A stretch of DNA of 64,000 nucleotides from an uncultured Phycisphaerales bacterium (GTDB lineage: Bacteria; Planctomycetota; Phycisphaerae; Tepidisphaerales; Tepidisphaeraceae), in contig CAVWLP010000003.1 of NCBI GenBank assembly GCA_963755915.1, positions 800,001 through 864,000 on the forward strand, read 5' to 3'. Each line of letters begins with the position of its first letter. The first letter of the stretch is position 1. The notes beneath the pieces were generated by a model. That model worked only from the letters and a program-made list of their open reading frames with translations, did not search any database and was not told the origin of the DNA. Shown here piece by piece: positions 29,453 through 40,709 of the stretch. The translations under genes were made by a program, and so were the position numbers.

Positions 29453-30722
29453 GTGTATCTCGTTCCTATTCAAGTTCCGATTTACCTGGACGGCGACCGC
29501 AAACTGGTCACCACCGAGTGGCATCGCTCGCTTTTGCTGCTGCGCGATAGTTTTGGCGGGCGGTTTGGGGACATTGCCGTGGCCGCGCCGAGCCTGCCGG
29601 CGGGGAGCGTGGCGGCGGAACAGGCGCTGGTGGCGGTTCCGGAAAACGCCGACGGCCTGAAACTTTTCCCCAGCTTCGACAAGCGCTGCCGGGCCCGGGG
29701 ATTCTGGATGCGGGAGCGCACCAAGTGGCAGGCCGATCTGGCATCGCTGATGGACCGCGCCAATGTGGTTCACGCGGGGGTGGACGACGTTTACCGGCCG
29801 ATCGCGTTTGAGGGGTTCCGGATGGGGCTGCGGCATGGGAAGCCGACGGTATTCGTGCAGGACACGGACAACGTGGTGCAGCAGCGGGAATTGGTTGCGG
29901 ATAGCGGCCCGGCGCTGCGGGCGAAAGTCGGGGCCTACAATTGGTTTTACGAGCGGATGTGCCGCTGGGGCGTGGCGCGGGCGGACCTTTCGCTGCTGAA
30001 AGGCTCGGCTGTGATGCGGCGTTATGGACCCTACGCCAAAAACGCTAAGGAGTTTCACGATACGTCCTATTCGATTCAGGATGTGGTCAGCGAGGAAGAG
30101 CTGGAGCGCCGACTCGCCAGCCTTTCAGAGCATCGGCCTCTGCGGCTGGTTTACTGCGGAAGACTCACGGCGCAAAGGCGTGGATCGGAGTCTTAAGATT
30201 GTCGCCACGACCTTCAGGCAGGGAGCGGCGATTGAGTTTGACATCATCGGAGACGGCGCGGAACGTATTAAGCTGGAAACAATCGTCAAATCTGAAGGCC
30301 TGGAAAAGAGTGTGCGATTTATCGGATCGCTGCCATATGGCCCGATGCTCATGAAGCGGCTCTCTCAATATGATGGCTTGTTTTTTACGCCCACTGCCGA
30401 GGATACGCCTCGTATGATCTTCGATGGATATGCGGCTGGTTTGCCGCTGGTGGCGTTCGATATCGGCTATGTGAGGGAGCGGCTTGAGCAGGAGCATGCG
30501 GCTTTTCTGCTGCCGCGCGACCAGATCGAGCAATCGGCGGTTTGTTTATCAGGCCTGTGCCGGAATCGCGAGCAAATGGCCGGTTTGTCGCGCTCGGCGC
30601 GGGTGGCGGCGCAATATCATGCAGCCGAAAATTGGTATCGCAGGCGTGCCGAATGGACGATTGAAGCAGTGGAACAGCACGGCCGTGCGAAACGCGGGGC
30701 CAGTGTAGGAAAAGCCGCATGA
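29453..30722 (+). CDS. Glycosyltransferase, GT4/GT-B (frameshift ~30170)
   Basis: LVYCGRL(TAR)KGV, IIGDG, EDTPRMIFD, AAGLP. Confidence 0.8.
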
Positions 30723-31711
30723 ACCTGCTGGTTATCATCGTCAATTATCGGACGCCGGACCTCACCTTGAATTGTCTGTCGTCCCTCGCGCCGCAGATCG
30801 GCGACGTGCCGGAAACGGAAGTCATCATCGTCGACAACGCGTCCGGTGACGAATCGGTCCCCTATCTCACGGCCGCGATCAAGAAAAATAAGTGGGAAAG
30901 CTGGATCACGCTCCTGGCGTCGAAGCAGAATCTGGGATTTGCCGGCGGCAACAACCGCGCTATGGACAAACTCCTCGATCATCCCGAATGCAAATACCTT
31001 TTGATGCTTAACAGCGACACGATCGTCCGTCCCGGCGTTTTGAAGCATTGCTACGAGAAGATGAACGACGACACCCGCATCGGGATCATGAGTTGCATGC
31101 TGCTGAATTCCGATGAGACGGTGCAGAACACCGCGCGGCGGTTGCCCACGCCCTGGCGGATGGCGGCGATCAGCTTCGGGCTGCCATGGGTCTGGCCCAA
31201 GGCGTTCGCCTGGGCGGAACTGGACGACCTGGGCTGGGACCGGCGCAAAGAGTCGCGCGAAGTGGAATGGGTCGGCGGCGCGTTCATGTTTGTGCGGCGG
31301 AAAGTGATCGACAAGCTCGGCGGGCTGGACACCCGATTTTTCTTCTACGGCGAAGACGTGGAATTCTGCCGGCGGGCGCGAAAGCACGAATGGATCGTCT
31401 GGTATGACCCTGCCGTTGCGGTGGTACATCTGGCCGGGCAATCGAGCGATCCCACGCGTCTGGCCCCCAAGGACCGCGACGCCATGAAATGGCAGGCGCG
31501 ATATCTCATCCAGCGGAGCTGCTACGGTCTAGCGGCGGAGATTTTCCTGCGGACAGCGGACATTGCCAGCTCGGGCTTGCGGTTTCTCAAGCTGCTGTTT
31601 CTGCGGCGAAGCGATTCACCGGAATACGCGGCGCAAAAAGGGATCCTGACGATGCTGCTGCACTGGCCCTCCACGTCTGATCGGGAAGCACTGCCCGCGG
31701 GCAGAAGGTAA
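30719..31711 (+). CDS. Glycosyltransferase family 2
   Basis: IIVNY, VDNASGD, NLGFAGGNN, LNSD, FFYGEDVE. Confidence 0.92.
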   Translation: MNLLVIIVNYRTPDLTLNCLSSLAPQIGDVPETEVIIVDNASGDESVPYLTAAIKKNKWESWITLLASKQNLGFAGGNNRAMDKLLDHPECKYLLMLNSDTIVRPGVLKHCYEKMNDDTRIGIMSCMLLNSDETVQNTARRLPTPWRMAAISFGLPWVWPKAFAWAELDDLGWDRRKESREVEWVGGAFMFVRRKVIDKLGGLDTRFFFYGEDVEFCRRARKHEWIVWYDPAVAVVHLAGQSSDPTRLAPKDRDAMKWQARYLIQRSCYGLAAEIFLRTADIASSGLRFLKLLFLRRSDSPEYAAQKGILTMLLHWPSTSDREALPAGRR

Positions 31712-31720
31712 GGCACGCCT

Positions 31721-32838
31721 ATGCCGCGCCGACTTCGCATCGCCTTCGCGCTGCCGGGGATGCACAAGGTAGTGCGCGGAGCGGAAACCGCGTTTGAAGA
31801 GATCGCCCGCCGGCTCGGGGCGATGGGGCACGAGGTTACCGTATTCGGATGCGGGGAAGAGGCGCGGGGGAGCCGTATCAGTTCAATCACGTCAATTGCG
31901 TTGCGCGGGAACGGTTCGAAGGCTGGCCGAGGCTGCCGCTGGTTCGCACGAATTATGCCTGGGAGGAGCTGACGTTTGCGGCGGGATTGGCGCGGCAGTT
32001 TCGTCCGGGAGAGTTCGACATCACCGTCGCGTGTTCCTATCCGTACTGCAACTGGGTGATGCGCCGGGGCCGCGGACACAATGGATTAAAGCATTCCCTT
32101 CGGCACGTCTTCGTCACGCAAAACGGCGACTGGATGGTGCAGGCGCGGAGGGCGGAATACCGATTCTTTGATTGCGACGGATTGGTCTGCACCAACCCGC
32201 AATTTCTTGAGCGGCACCAGGACCGGTTCCGCTGTGCGCTGATTCCCAACGGGGTTGAGCCGCGGAAATTTTCGCCGGGGCCGGGGAATCGCGCGGAATT
32301 TGGAATTGAAAGCGAAGGGCCGGTGGCGCTGATGGTCAGCGCGCTGATCCCTTCGAAGCGGGTTGTGGAAGGGATTCGCGCGGCTTCGAAAGTGCCGGGC
32401 CTGTATCTGGTAATTGCCGGCGACGGCGAATGCCGCGACGATGTGGACAGCGCCGGAAACCGGCTCATGAACGGCCGCTACCGGCGGCTCCAGCTTCCGC
32501 GGGAAAAAATGCCGGAGCTTTACCGGTGCGCGGATGTTGTTTTGCACATGAGCCTGGACGAGCCATCGGCGAACGTCTATCTGGAAGCGCTGGCCAGCGG
32601 TTTGCCCGTGGTGGCGCACGACTGGGAAGTGACACGATGGACACTTGACGGCACCGGTGTGCTGGTCGACGCCAATGACCTCGGCGCCGTCGCCAACGGC
32701 ATCTGGCGGGCCATCCCCCGGCGCAAGGAGGAGGACGTTCGGGCCAGGCGCTCGCTCGTCGAGCAGCGCTTCGACTGGAGCGTTCTGGCGCCCAGGTATG
32801 CCGAGTTCTTCTTTGAACTGCTCAACGGTCGAGCCTAG
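31721..32838 (+). CDS. Glycosyltransferase family 4 (frameshift ~31865)
   Basis: RGAE, IPNGV, IAGDG, EPSANVYLEALASGLP. Confidence 0.88.
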
Positions 32839-32853
32839 ATTTCTATAAGGCAT

Positions 32854-35813
32854 ATGCAGATTTTGGAATCGCAATGGCTGGGAGCGCGGCTGGCGGAGAT
32901 CGCCGACGGGGATCTGTTTCCGCTGCTGAACGTGGGCTCTTCCACGGCGGAGTTTCGCACGAAGGTACAGCCACATATCGACGCCAATATCTTCGCGCCC
33001 TGCGGCGCGCGGCGGGAAGGTTTTGAACCTGGACATCAAGGAAGCGGAGGGGGTCGACATCGTCGGCGATCTGCTCGATCCATCTTTCCTCGACCAGGTT
33101 GGGCAATTGCAGGTCAAATCGGTCATGGTGTCGAACCTGCTGGAGCACGTCTTTCAGCGGCAGGAAATCTGCGACGTGGTGATGAAGATGGTTCCGGATG
33201 GGGGATTTATTTTTGTTTCCGGTCCCCACCATTACCCCTATCACGCCGACCCGATCGATACGATGTTCCGGCCTTCCATTTCGGAGATGCACGCCTATTT
33301 TCCGGGGACAAAGATCGTGCACAGCGAGATCACGGATTCGGGTAACTGGCGGCAATGGAATCAATCGGAGCGCGGCGGCCGGACGCTGGGGCGCGCGGCG
33401 GCGCGACTGCTGCTGCCCATGTATCGACCCGGGAAATGGCTGGAGTTGGCGCGGCAATCGTCCTATTTCTTCCGGCACGTGCGCGCGTTTGCGATGGTGC
33501 TGCGGAAGGAGCCGGCGATTACTACAGCACATGGCGCGACGAAAGTCGCGGCGGTGGCCATCGGACGCAATGAAGGCGAGCGATTACGGTCCTGCCTGGA
33601 ATCGCTGCGCGGGCGGGTGCGGGATGTCGTCTACGTGGATTCGGGCTCAAGCGATGGCAGCGTGGCGCTGGCGAAATCGCTGGGGGCGGATGTGGTCGAG
33701 CTCGACCGCTCGATGCCCTTCACCGCGGCGCACGGTCGGGATGCGGGGATGGAGCGGGTGCTCAAAAAATATTCCGATGTCTCCTACGTGCAGTTCGTGG
33801 ACGGCGACTGCACCGTGGCCCAGGGATGGATCGAACGGGCGTGTGCTCACCTCGACTCCTCGCCTGCGATCGCGGTGGTCAGCGGCCGGCGCCGCGAGCG
33901 GTATCCCGAGCGGTCGATTTACAACCGCATGCTCGACCTGGAATGGGATTCGCCCGTCGGAATCGCACGCTGGTGCGGCGGTGATTCGATGATCCGCATG
34001 GAAGTGCTTCGCCAGGAGGGATTCAATCCGCAGCTTATCGCGCGAGAGGAGCCTGAGCTTTGCCTGCGCCTCGGCCGGCGGGGCTGGAAAATCGAGCGCA
34101 TCGACGCGGAAATGACCTGGCACGATGCGGCGCTCACGCATTTCAGCGCCTGGTGGCGGAGAACGAAACGCAACGCGATCGGCTACGCACAGAACGTCGA
34201 GCTGCATGGGGATGAGCCTGAGAGATTTTGCGTGCGCGAAGTGCGGAGCTTCGTGTTTTGGGGAGAAGTGTTGCCGGCCTTCATCGCCATTTGTGCGGTG
34301 GCCGGAATATTCAGCCACAGGATGTGGCTGGGGCTTGCGCTCGCGGGCGCATACGGGGTGCTGGGTTGGCGCGTGTTTCAATATCAACGCCGGCGCGGCG
34401 TGGAGGCCGGGCAGGCGCGGGTTTATTCCCTGCTGACCATCCTCGGCAAATTCGCCAGCGCGGTAGGCGTAATCAAATACTGGATGGATCGACGCAGCGG
34501 CCGGCAGAACGTGATGGTGGAATACAAGATGCCGCCGCTGGATTCGCCGGGAGTCAGGAAGAAGGAAACATCCGGGCCGATCGAGAAATTTCCCATCGCC
34601 TATATCGCCGGAGAATTCCCGCGGCTCAGCGAGACGTTTGTTTACCGCGAAGTGCGCGGGCTGAGAAACCGGGGATGGAACGTCACCGCCGTAACCCTCA
34701 ATCCGGTGGAAAAAAGCGGCGCTGAACTGGACGACCTGTTCGCGGACCGGATCACTCTATACGGCGTAAGGATGCGCGACACGCTTCAATCCGCGGCACG
34801 CGAAGCAGCGCGGCATCCGATTCAATTCGCAACAACCCTGTGTACGGCAATTCGTGATGCCATTGATCCCAAGGAGCGTTTTGCCGCTAAAGCGCGGGTG
34901 AAGCTCCCGATGCAGGCCCTGGCGGCCATCGGCCTCGCCGGACAACTCCGCGAGCGGAAGATCCGCCACATCCACTGCCATTTCGCTCACGCGCCAACGA
35001 CGATCGGCATGTACGCCGCGATGCAGCTTAAAATCCCCTTCAGCTTCACCGGCCATGCGAACGACATTTTCCAGCGGCGGGCGATCTTGAAACTCAAACT
35101 TCGCCGCAGCGCGTTCGTCTCGTGCATCAGCAAATGGCATCAGAGCTTTTTTAACTCCAAATACCCGGACCGCACTGGGAAATATGAGGTCATCCGCTGC
35201 GGCGTGGAGCCCGGGGAAGCGCGAATTTTCGCGCAACGGCGAGGCGCTGCGAATCCTCACGGTCTGCCGGCTGGTGGAGAAGAAGGGGATCGACACGCTG
35301 ATCACCGCCGCCGCGGAGCTCAAGGGCCGCGGCGTGCCGATCCGGCTCACCATCGCCGGCGACGGCGAAGACCGCGAGCGGCTCAAAAAAGCCGCCGGCG
35401 AACTGCACTGCGGCGACTGGCTCGTCTGGCTGGGAGAAGTCAGCAACAGCCGGGTTCCGGCGCTCATGAAGCAGGCTGATGTCTTCGCGCTTCCCTGCCG
35501 GCAGGATTCCAACGGGGACCGCGATGGAATTCCCGTGGCCCTCATGGAAGCAATGGCCGCCGGAACCCCAGTGGTCGCGGGCGATCTGCCCGCCATCGGT
35601 GAGCTCGTCAGCGACGGCGTCAGCGGAATGCTTGTCGAAAGCGGCAACGCCCAGCAATTGGCCCTTACTCTGGCGACCCTCAAAGAAAACACTGCGCTTC
35701 GCCGAAAGCTCGCTGCCGGCGGGCGAAAGAAAATCGAAACCGAGTTTTCGCTTGAGACGACGCTCGATCGACTTGAGCGGCGATTTGCCGATTCAGCGGG
35801 TAGACGACGATGA
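32854..35813 (+). CDS. Methyltransferase-like + GT2 + GT4 fusion (frameshifts ~33005 and ~35215)
   Basis: LLNVGS..DIK..GD..NLLEHV..PYH; IGRNEGERL..YVDSGSSD..FVDGD..EEPELC; FPRLSETF..HCHFA..DGIPVALMEA. Confidence 0.78.
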
Positions 35814-36769
35814 GCGCCGGCCAGCGATATTGCCTGATAACCCCCTGCCGCGACGAAGCGAAATTCGCCCGCCGCACGCTCGACAGCGTAGCGGCGCAAT
35901 CTGTTCCGCCGGCGCTCTGGATCATCGTCGATGACGGCTCGACCGATCAGACGCCCGCGATTCTGGCGGAATATGCGGCGAAATATCCGTTCATCCGCAT
36001 CCTGCGCCGCGACGACCGCGGATTCCGCAAGCTCGGCGGCGGCGTCATCGACGCGTTTTATCACGGCTATGAAACGATCGACCCCGGCGATTTCGATTAC
36101 GTGTGCAAGCTCGATCTCGATCTCGATCTGCCTGCGAAATATTTCGAAACGCTGATGAAGCGCATGGATCAGGAGCTGCGCATCGGCACCGCCAGCGGCA
36201 AACCCTTTTTCATCGACCCCAAATCCGCTCAGCAAGTCATGGAAACGTGCGGCGATGAAAACTCAGTCGGCATGGTGAAATTTTATCGGACCCAGTGTTT
36301 CACGCAGATCGGCGGGTTCGTTCGCGAGTTGATGTGGGACGGCATCGATTGCCACCGCTGCCGGATGCTGGGATGGATCGCGGTATCCTGGAACGACCCG
36401 GCATTGAACTTCGAGCATCTGCGTCCGATGGGGACAAGCCACAAGAACTGGTGGACCGGCCGGGTTCGCCACGGGGTCGGGCAATATTTCATGGGCACCG
36501 GAGTTTGTTACATCGTCGCCAGCGCCGCGTTTCGAATATTGCATCCGCCGGTTTTGATTGGATCGATTGCCATGCTTTGGGGCTATTTCAAAAGCATGTT
36601 TGCCGGTCGTCCGAGGTATGGAGACGCCGCATTCCGGCAATTTTTGCGCGATTATCAATGGGCATGTCTCTTTAAGGGGAAAACGGTAGCGACAGCAGCG
36701 CTGAACGCCCGGCAGGCCGCAGCGTGGCACGCGAGGGCGACTGCCGTGACTGATATTTCAGCACAATAA
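35810..36769 (+). CDS. Glycosyltransferase family 2
   Basis: ITPCRDE, VDDGSTD, KLDLD, WDGID. Confidence 0.9.
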   Translation: MSAGQRYCLITPCRDEAKFARRTLDSVAAQSVPPALWIIVDDGSTDQTPAILAEYAAKYPFIRILRRDDRGFRKLGGGVIDAFYHGYETIDPGDFDYVCKLDLDLDLPAKYFETLMKRMDQELRIGTASGKPFFIDPKSAQQVMETCGDENSVGMVKFYRTQCFTQIGGFVRELMWDGIDCHRCRMLGWIAVSWNDPALNFEHLRPMGTSHKNWWTGRVRHGVGQYFMGTGVCYIVASAAFRILHPPVLIGSIAMLWGYFKSMFAGRPRYGDAAFRQFLRDYQWACLFKGKTVATAALNARQAAAWHARATAVTDISAQ

Positions 36770-37045
36770 GCCGCTCGAAGGTCAAAGATTGCGCGGCAAA
36801 TAGGGTTTGATGACCGGGAAGGGTTGTGTCGATAAAGGAAATGCCCGGCGTAAGTTAACGGACGCGCACCCGAAAAAAGTTAACCGGGAGCTAAAAAAGC
36901 ACCGGTAGTTCTGTCGCGGTCTTATAATTCCCGTTGCATTTGACCACGGGGATCGCGATATTTAAGCGACCAACCGTGGGTACGGACCGTTAATTGAATA
37001 TTGCTTAGTCGTTAGCGGCAAAGAAGTTCTGTTGCTCGCATAGCC

Positions 37046-39055
37046 ATGCAGGTCAAAGAGGGAGAATTTCGCTGGAGCGATTCGGCCGTTGGGGCGGCCG
37101 CATTGGTTCCACCAGCCCCATCCCGTCTGATTCCGGCAACCAAGCCCAGGGGGATGCCGACCATCTCCCTTGAAGGCGTAAGAATCCATCAAATCGACGA
37201 GCGAACCTGCATCGAGCACATCCTCAAGGAACTGGCCGCCGGTCGCGGCGGATTCGTGGTGACCCCCAACCTCGATCATCTGCGCCGCTGCCGCCGAAAC
37301 GTCAGCTTTTCTGTCCTCGTTGCCGAGGCAAGCCTGGTGGTTGCCGACGGCATGCCCCTGGTCTGGGCCAGCCGCCTCCAGGGAACGCCGCTTCCGCAAC
37401 GGGTTGCCGGTTCCGACCTGATTTCAACCCTCAGCGCCGCCGCCGCCGGACAGGGGCGATCGATATTTCTGCTCGGAGGCGCCGACGGCACCGCCGTCCA
37501 GGCGGCCAAGATTTTGCAGAGTCAATATCCGCAATTAAAGGTGATGGGAACCTTATGTCCACGGGTCGGTTTCGAGAACGACGAAAAATCGATGCGGGAG
37601 CTCATCACCACCCTCCAGGCGGCCCGCCCCGACATTGTCTATGTTGCGCTCGGATCGCCCAAGCAGGAGCAGGTGATCGACCGCATCCGCCGGGCGATGC
37701 CGCAGACGTGGTGGCTCGGCGTCGGCGTCAGCTTCAGCTTTTTGTGCGGCGACGTAAAACGCGCCCCCAACTGGATGCGCCGCTGGGGACTCGAGTGGAT
37801 TCACCGCCTGGCCCAGGAGCCGCGCCGGTTGTTTAAACGCTATGTGGTCGTGGGGATTCCTTTCGGTATCAAAATGCTCGGGATGTCCAGCCTTCGAGGG
37901 GTTCGAAATCGGCTCCTGCCGAGATATTCCGAAGAATCGGGGAGTTACGACGACGTGCAGGCGATTCTTTCGCAAAGCACGACCTATCCAGAGTCGCCCG
38001 CGCCTCAAGCGCCGTCCGTCAGCGAAATCACGTCGCGCTTATCCTCCGCCGGCCCCGGAGATTCAACGGCGGAGCTTGGGCCCATCCAACTGAAAGAAAA
38101 CGCCCACATCGGCTCATCAGGCGGTGGCCAGCTTCGCGGTCTGGTGCTGCTTGGCGGAACCGTCCGCCCAACCCCGCTGGGGATGTCGCTGGGCCGAAGC
38201 CTGCTCGATATGCCCGTTGGCAACGGCAACACGGTTCTGACCCGCTGGCTCGACGAAGCCGCTGCGGTCGCCCAGATGCTCGAGACCGATTTTCTTCCCG
38301 TCCGGCTGCTGCTCGATCGCAACGCCCTTGAGCCCTTGAGCGCCGCCCAGCGCAGCGCCGAGCAGGGGCATGGCAACGCGGATTACTACCGAATGGAGCG
38401 GGATACATCCGAATTTCGGGGCACCGGCGGCCTGCTGGCCAATATCGCGGTCGATTATGACGACGACGACACGATCCTGGTCGGAAACGCAGCCCAGGTG
38501 CTGCTGGACCCCCTTCCAGCTCTTCTGACTTCTCTGAAGAAGACCCGGGGGATGGTCGGCCTGATCGGCCACCGCGACGGCGAGCCCAGCGGCCTGATGC
38601 TGATAACTTGCCGCGCCCTGCGGCTCATTCCCAGCGTGGGATTCGTCGATATGAAGGAACAGGCGCTGCCCATCATCGCGTCGACGTACGACGTGCGCGT
38701 GGTTCAGTGCCGAAGGCCCACGGGTCTTTCGATCCGCACGTTATCGGACTTTATCGCCGCCTTGCGCACGATTCACCAGCCGATCCGTGCGACCGCGACC
38801 GATCCCTGGGCGGAAGACTGGAAATCAACGTTCGCCATCGTGGAGAGCGGCGCGGTGGTGGCGCCGAGTGCGCGCATTCACGATTCGGTGGTGCTCTCCG
38901 GCGGTATGGTTGAAGCCGGCGCTGCCGTGGTCCGCTCGGTGGTTGCCGGCGCGGTTCGCCGCGACCACAACGCCGTCGACGTCTGCGTCGAGCCCTCCCG
39001 CAAACGCGGGTTTGAGGTTGGCCCAGTTGGCCCCGTTGCTAGGAAGCAGGCATGA
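37046..39055 (+). CDS. WecB/TagA/CpsF glycosyltransferase fused to a degenerate nucleotidyltransferase-like + beta-helix domain
   Basis: VTPN, ADGMP, RVAGSDL, LGSPKQE, RAP, GLEWIHRLAQEPRRL; then LVLLGG..RSLLDMP..RGTGG and hexapeptide-like repeats. Confidence 0.85.
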   Translation: MQVKEGEFRWSDSAVGAAALVPPAPSRLIPATKPRGMPTISLEGVRIHQIDERTCIEHILKELAAGRGGFVVTPNLDHLRRCRRNVSFSVLVAEASLVVADGMPLVWASRLQGTPLPQRVAGSDLISTLSAAAAGQGRSIFLLGGADGTAVQAAKILQSQYPQLKVMGTLCPRVGFENDEKSMRELITTLQAARPDIVYVALGSPKQEQVIDRIRRAMPQTWWLGVGVSFSFLCGDVKRAPNWMRRWGLEWIHRLAQEPRRLFKRYVVVGIPFGIKMLGMSSLRGVRNRLLPRYSEESGSYDDVQAILSQSTTYPESPAPQAPSVSEITSRLSSAGPGDSTAELGPIQLKENAHIGSSGGGQLRGLVLLGGTVRPTPLGMSLGRSLLDMPVGNGNTVLTRWLDEAAAVAQMLETDFLPVRLLLDRNALEPLSAAQRSAEQGHGNADYYRMERDTSEFRGTGGLLANIAVDYDDDDTILVGNAAQVLLDPLPALLTSLKKTRGMVGLIGHRDGEPSGLMLITCRALRLIPSVGFVDMKEQALPIIASTYDVRVVQCRRPTGLSIRTLSDFIAALRTIHQPIRATATDPWAEDWKSTFAIVESGAVVAPSARIHDSVVLSGGMVEAGAAVVRSVVAGAVRRDHNAVDVCVEPSRKRGFEVGPVGPVARKQA

Positions 39056-39930
39056 AGCTGCCGGTGCTCAGAGACGACCGCCTGACAATGGCCCACGTGG
39101 CGCTCGCCGCCGCGATGGGAACGCTGGGGGTGCTGGCAACGCTGCCCGCATGGAAGGATATCTATCTGATCGCCTGGATGGACGAGGAATACAGCCATAT
39201 CTTCGTCGTCCCCTTCGTGGCAATTTTTTTGGTTTGGGTGCGGAGAATGCGGTTGCGGCATTGCAAACCATCCGGAAGAATCATTGGTCCGGTCGTCGTC
39301 GCCCTGGGATGGATTTTGAATTCCTGGGGTTTTTACAGCGGCATTCAGAGCTTCTGGCATGGAGGAGCGGTTCTGGTCGTCGTCGGATGCATTCTCTCGG
39401 TGCTGGGCAAGGGCGTGATCTTCCGCTTCTTCCCGGCGTTTCTGCTTTTAGTCTTCCTAGTCCCAGCGCCGGGACGTTTGCGCCTCGCCATTGCCGGGCC
39501 GCTGCAGAATTGGACGGCTTCCATCACCCAACGCCTTCTCGAGGCCGGCGGCGTCATTAACACGGAGGTCAACGGCAACGCCCTGACCATCAACGGTCAC
39601 GCCGTTCTCGTCGCCGAAGCATGCAACGGACTTCGCATGGTCTTCTCCCTGATTATGGTGGGCTTCGCATTCTGCTTCGCGATGCCGCTGCGGAATTACA
39701 TCCGGGCGCTGATCCTGTTGATCAGCCCCCTGGCGGCGATTTTCTGCAACGTGGTGCGCATCATCCCCACGATCTGGATGTACGGCTTTATGCCCGATTA
39801 CGCACCCAAATTTCACGAATTCGCCGGGTGGGCAATGCTGCCCCTGGCCTTCCTAATGTTGTACGGACTGATTCGGACGCTTCAGTGGGCCGTGATTCCG
39901 GTGAACGAATATACGCTGGCGTCGCAGTAG
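39052..39930 (+). CDS. Exosortase (EpsH/XrtA-like)
   Basis: YSH motif; catalytic triad AEACNGLR (Cys), NVVR (Arg), FHEFAG (His); about 8 TM segments. Confidence 0.92.
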   Translation: MKLPVLRDDRLTMAHVALAAAMGTLGVLATLPAWKDIYLIAWMDEEYSHIFVVPFVAIFLVWVRRMRLRHCKPSGRIIGPVVVALGWILNSWGFYSGIQSFWHGGAVLVVVGCILSVLGKGVIFRFFPAFLLLVFLVPAPGRLRLAIAGPLQNWTASITQRLLEAGGVINTEVNGNALTINGHAVLVAEACNGLRMVFSLIMVGFAFCFAMPLRNYIRALILLISPLAAIFCNVVRIIPTIWMYGFMPDYAPKFHEFAGWAMLPLAFLMLYGLIRTLQWAVIPVNEYTLASQ

Positions 39931-39940
39931 ATTTGAAGGA

Positions 39941-40702
39941 GTGTCGCTGTTGAAAGCAGGCGGTCGTAACTTGCGCCGGGGCATTTGGCTCTGGCCGGTG
40001 GTTTCAGTCCTGATGCTTATCGGGATGCTGGCCGAAGCGCGCACCCACGTTCAGCCGACCGAAGCCGCGCCGCATCTTCAGCGCTGTGCCAACGCCGTGG
40101 CGGCCTTCCCCTACGTGATCGACACCAACAACGGCTCCTGGACCGGCAAGGATACGGAAATGCCCACGCCGGCGATCCAGCTTCTGCATCCTAACGCGAT
40201 CCTCAGCCGCGAATACAGGAATGACCGGCGCAATGAAGTTGTCGAATTCCTGATCGTCGATTGCAAAGACGCCCGCGATTTGCAGGGGCACTATCCCCCC
40301 AATTGCTATCCGGCGCTGGGCGAAAGCGAATTTATGGACCAACGCAAGACGCGAATCTGGCATTTGCCTCACATGGACGTAACGGGAATGGAGTATCACT
40401 TCGCCCCCAAGAGCCTGACTGAGGGCGAACAGGTTGTCTATAACTTTTTCGTGATGCCGCTCGTTCCGGCTTTGACCGTTTCCCACAAGGAACTGGATGG
40501 GAAGATCTGCCCGGACATCAGCAGCGTTTACACAAGCGGCGAGGATTACCAGAGGCGATATTACGGCGCGGCCGAGTTTCAGCTCGTGACCGGCCCCCAG
40601 ATGAAGCCGCAGGACAGGGACGAGGCTTTGATCGACTTATTGAGTTCCGATGAGAGTTTGCTGAGGACGCTGGAAAACCGGCCAGATGCCGGAGGTAAGT
40701 AG
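39941..40702 (+). CDS. epsI: Exosortase-associated EpsI-family protein
   Basis: WTGKD, SREY, GHYPPNCYPALG. Immediately follows the exosortase. Confidence 0.8.
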   Translation: MSLLKAGGRNLRRGIWLWPVVSVLMLIGMLAEARTHVQPTEAAPHLQRCANAVAAFPYVIDTNNGSWTGKDTEMPTPAIQLLHPNAILSREYRNDRRNEVVEFLIVDCKDARDLQGHYPPNCYPALGESEFMDQRKTRIWHLPHMDVTGMEYHFAPKSLTEGEQVVYNFFVMPLVPALTVSHKELDGKICPDISSVYTSGEDYQRRYYGAAEFQLVTGPQMKPQDRDEALIDLLSSDESLLRTLENRPDAGGK

Positions 40703-40709
40703 GTAGGCT

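Noticed and set aside
28023-29660. Wzy-like protein with a long Arg/Cys-rich C-terminal extension
   Set aside because: The extension overlaps the next gene by ~200 bp. A frameshift near 29380 with a stop at 29434 is more plausible.
36852-36884. AAGTTAAC direct repeat as an operator upstream of the tagA-exosortase operon
   Set aside because: Only two 8-mers with no further support, so chance cannot be excluded.
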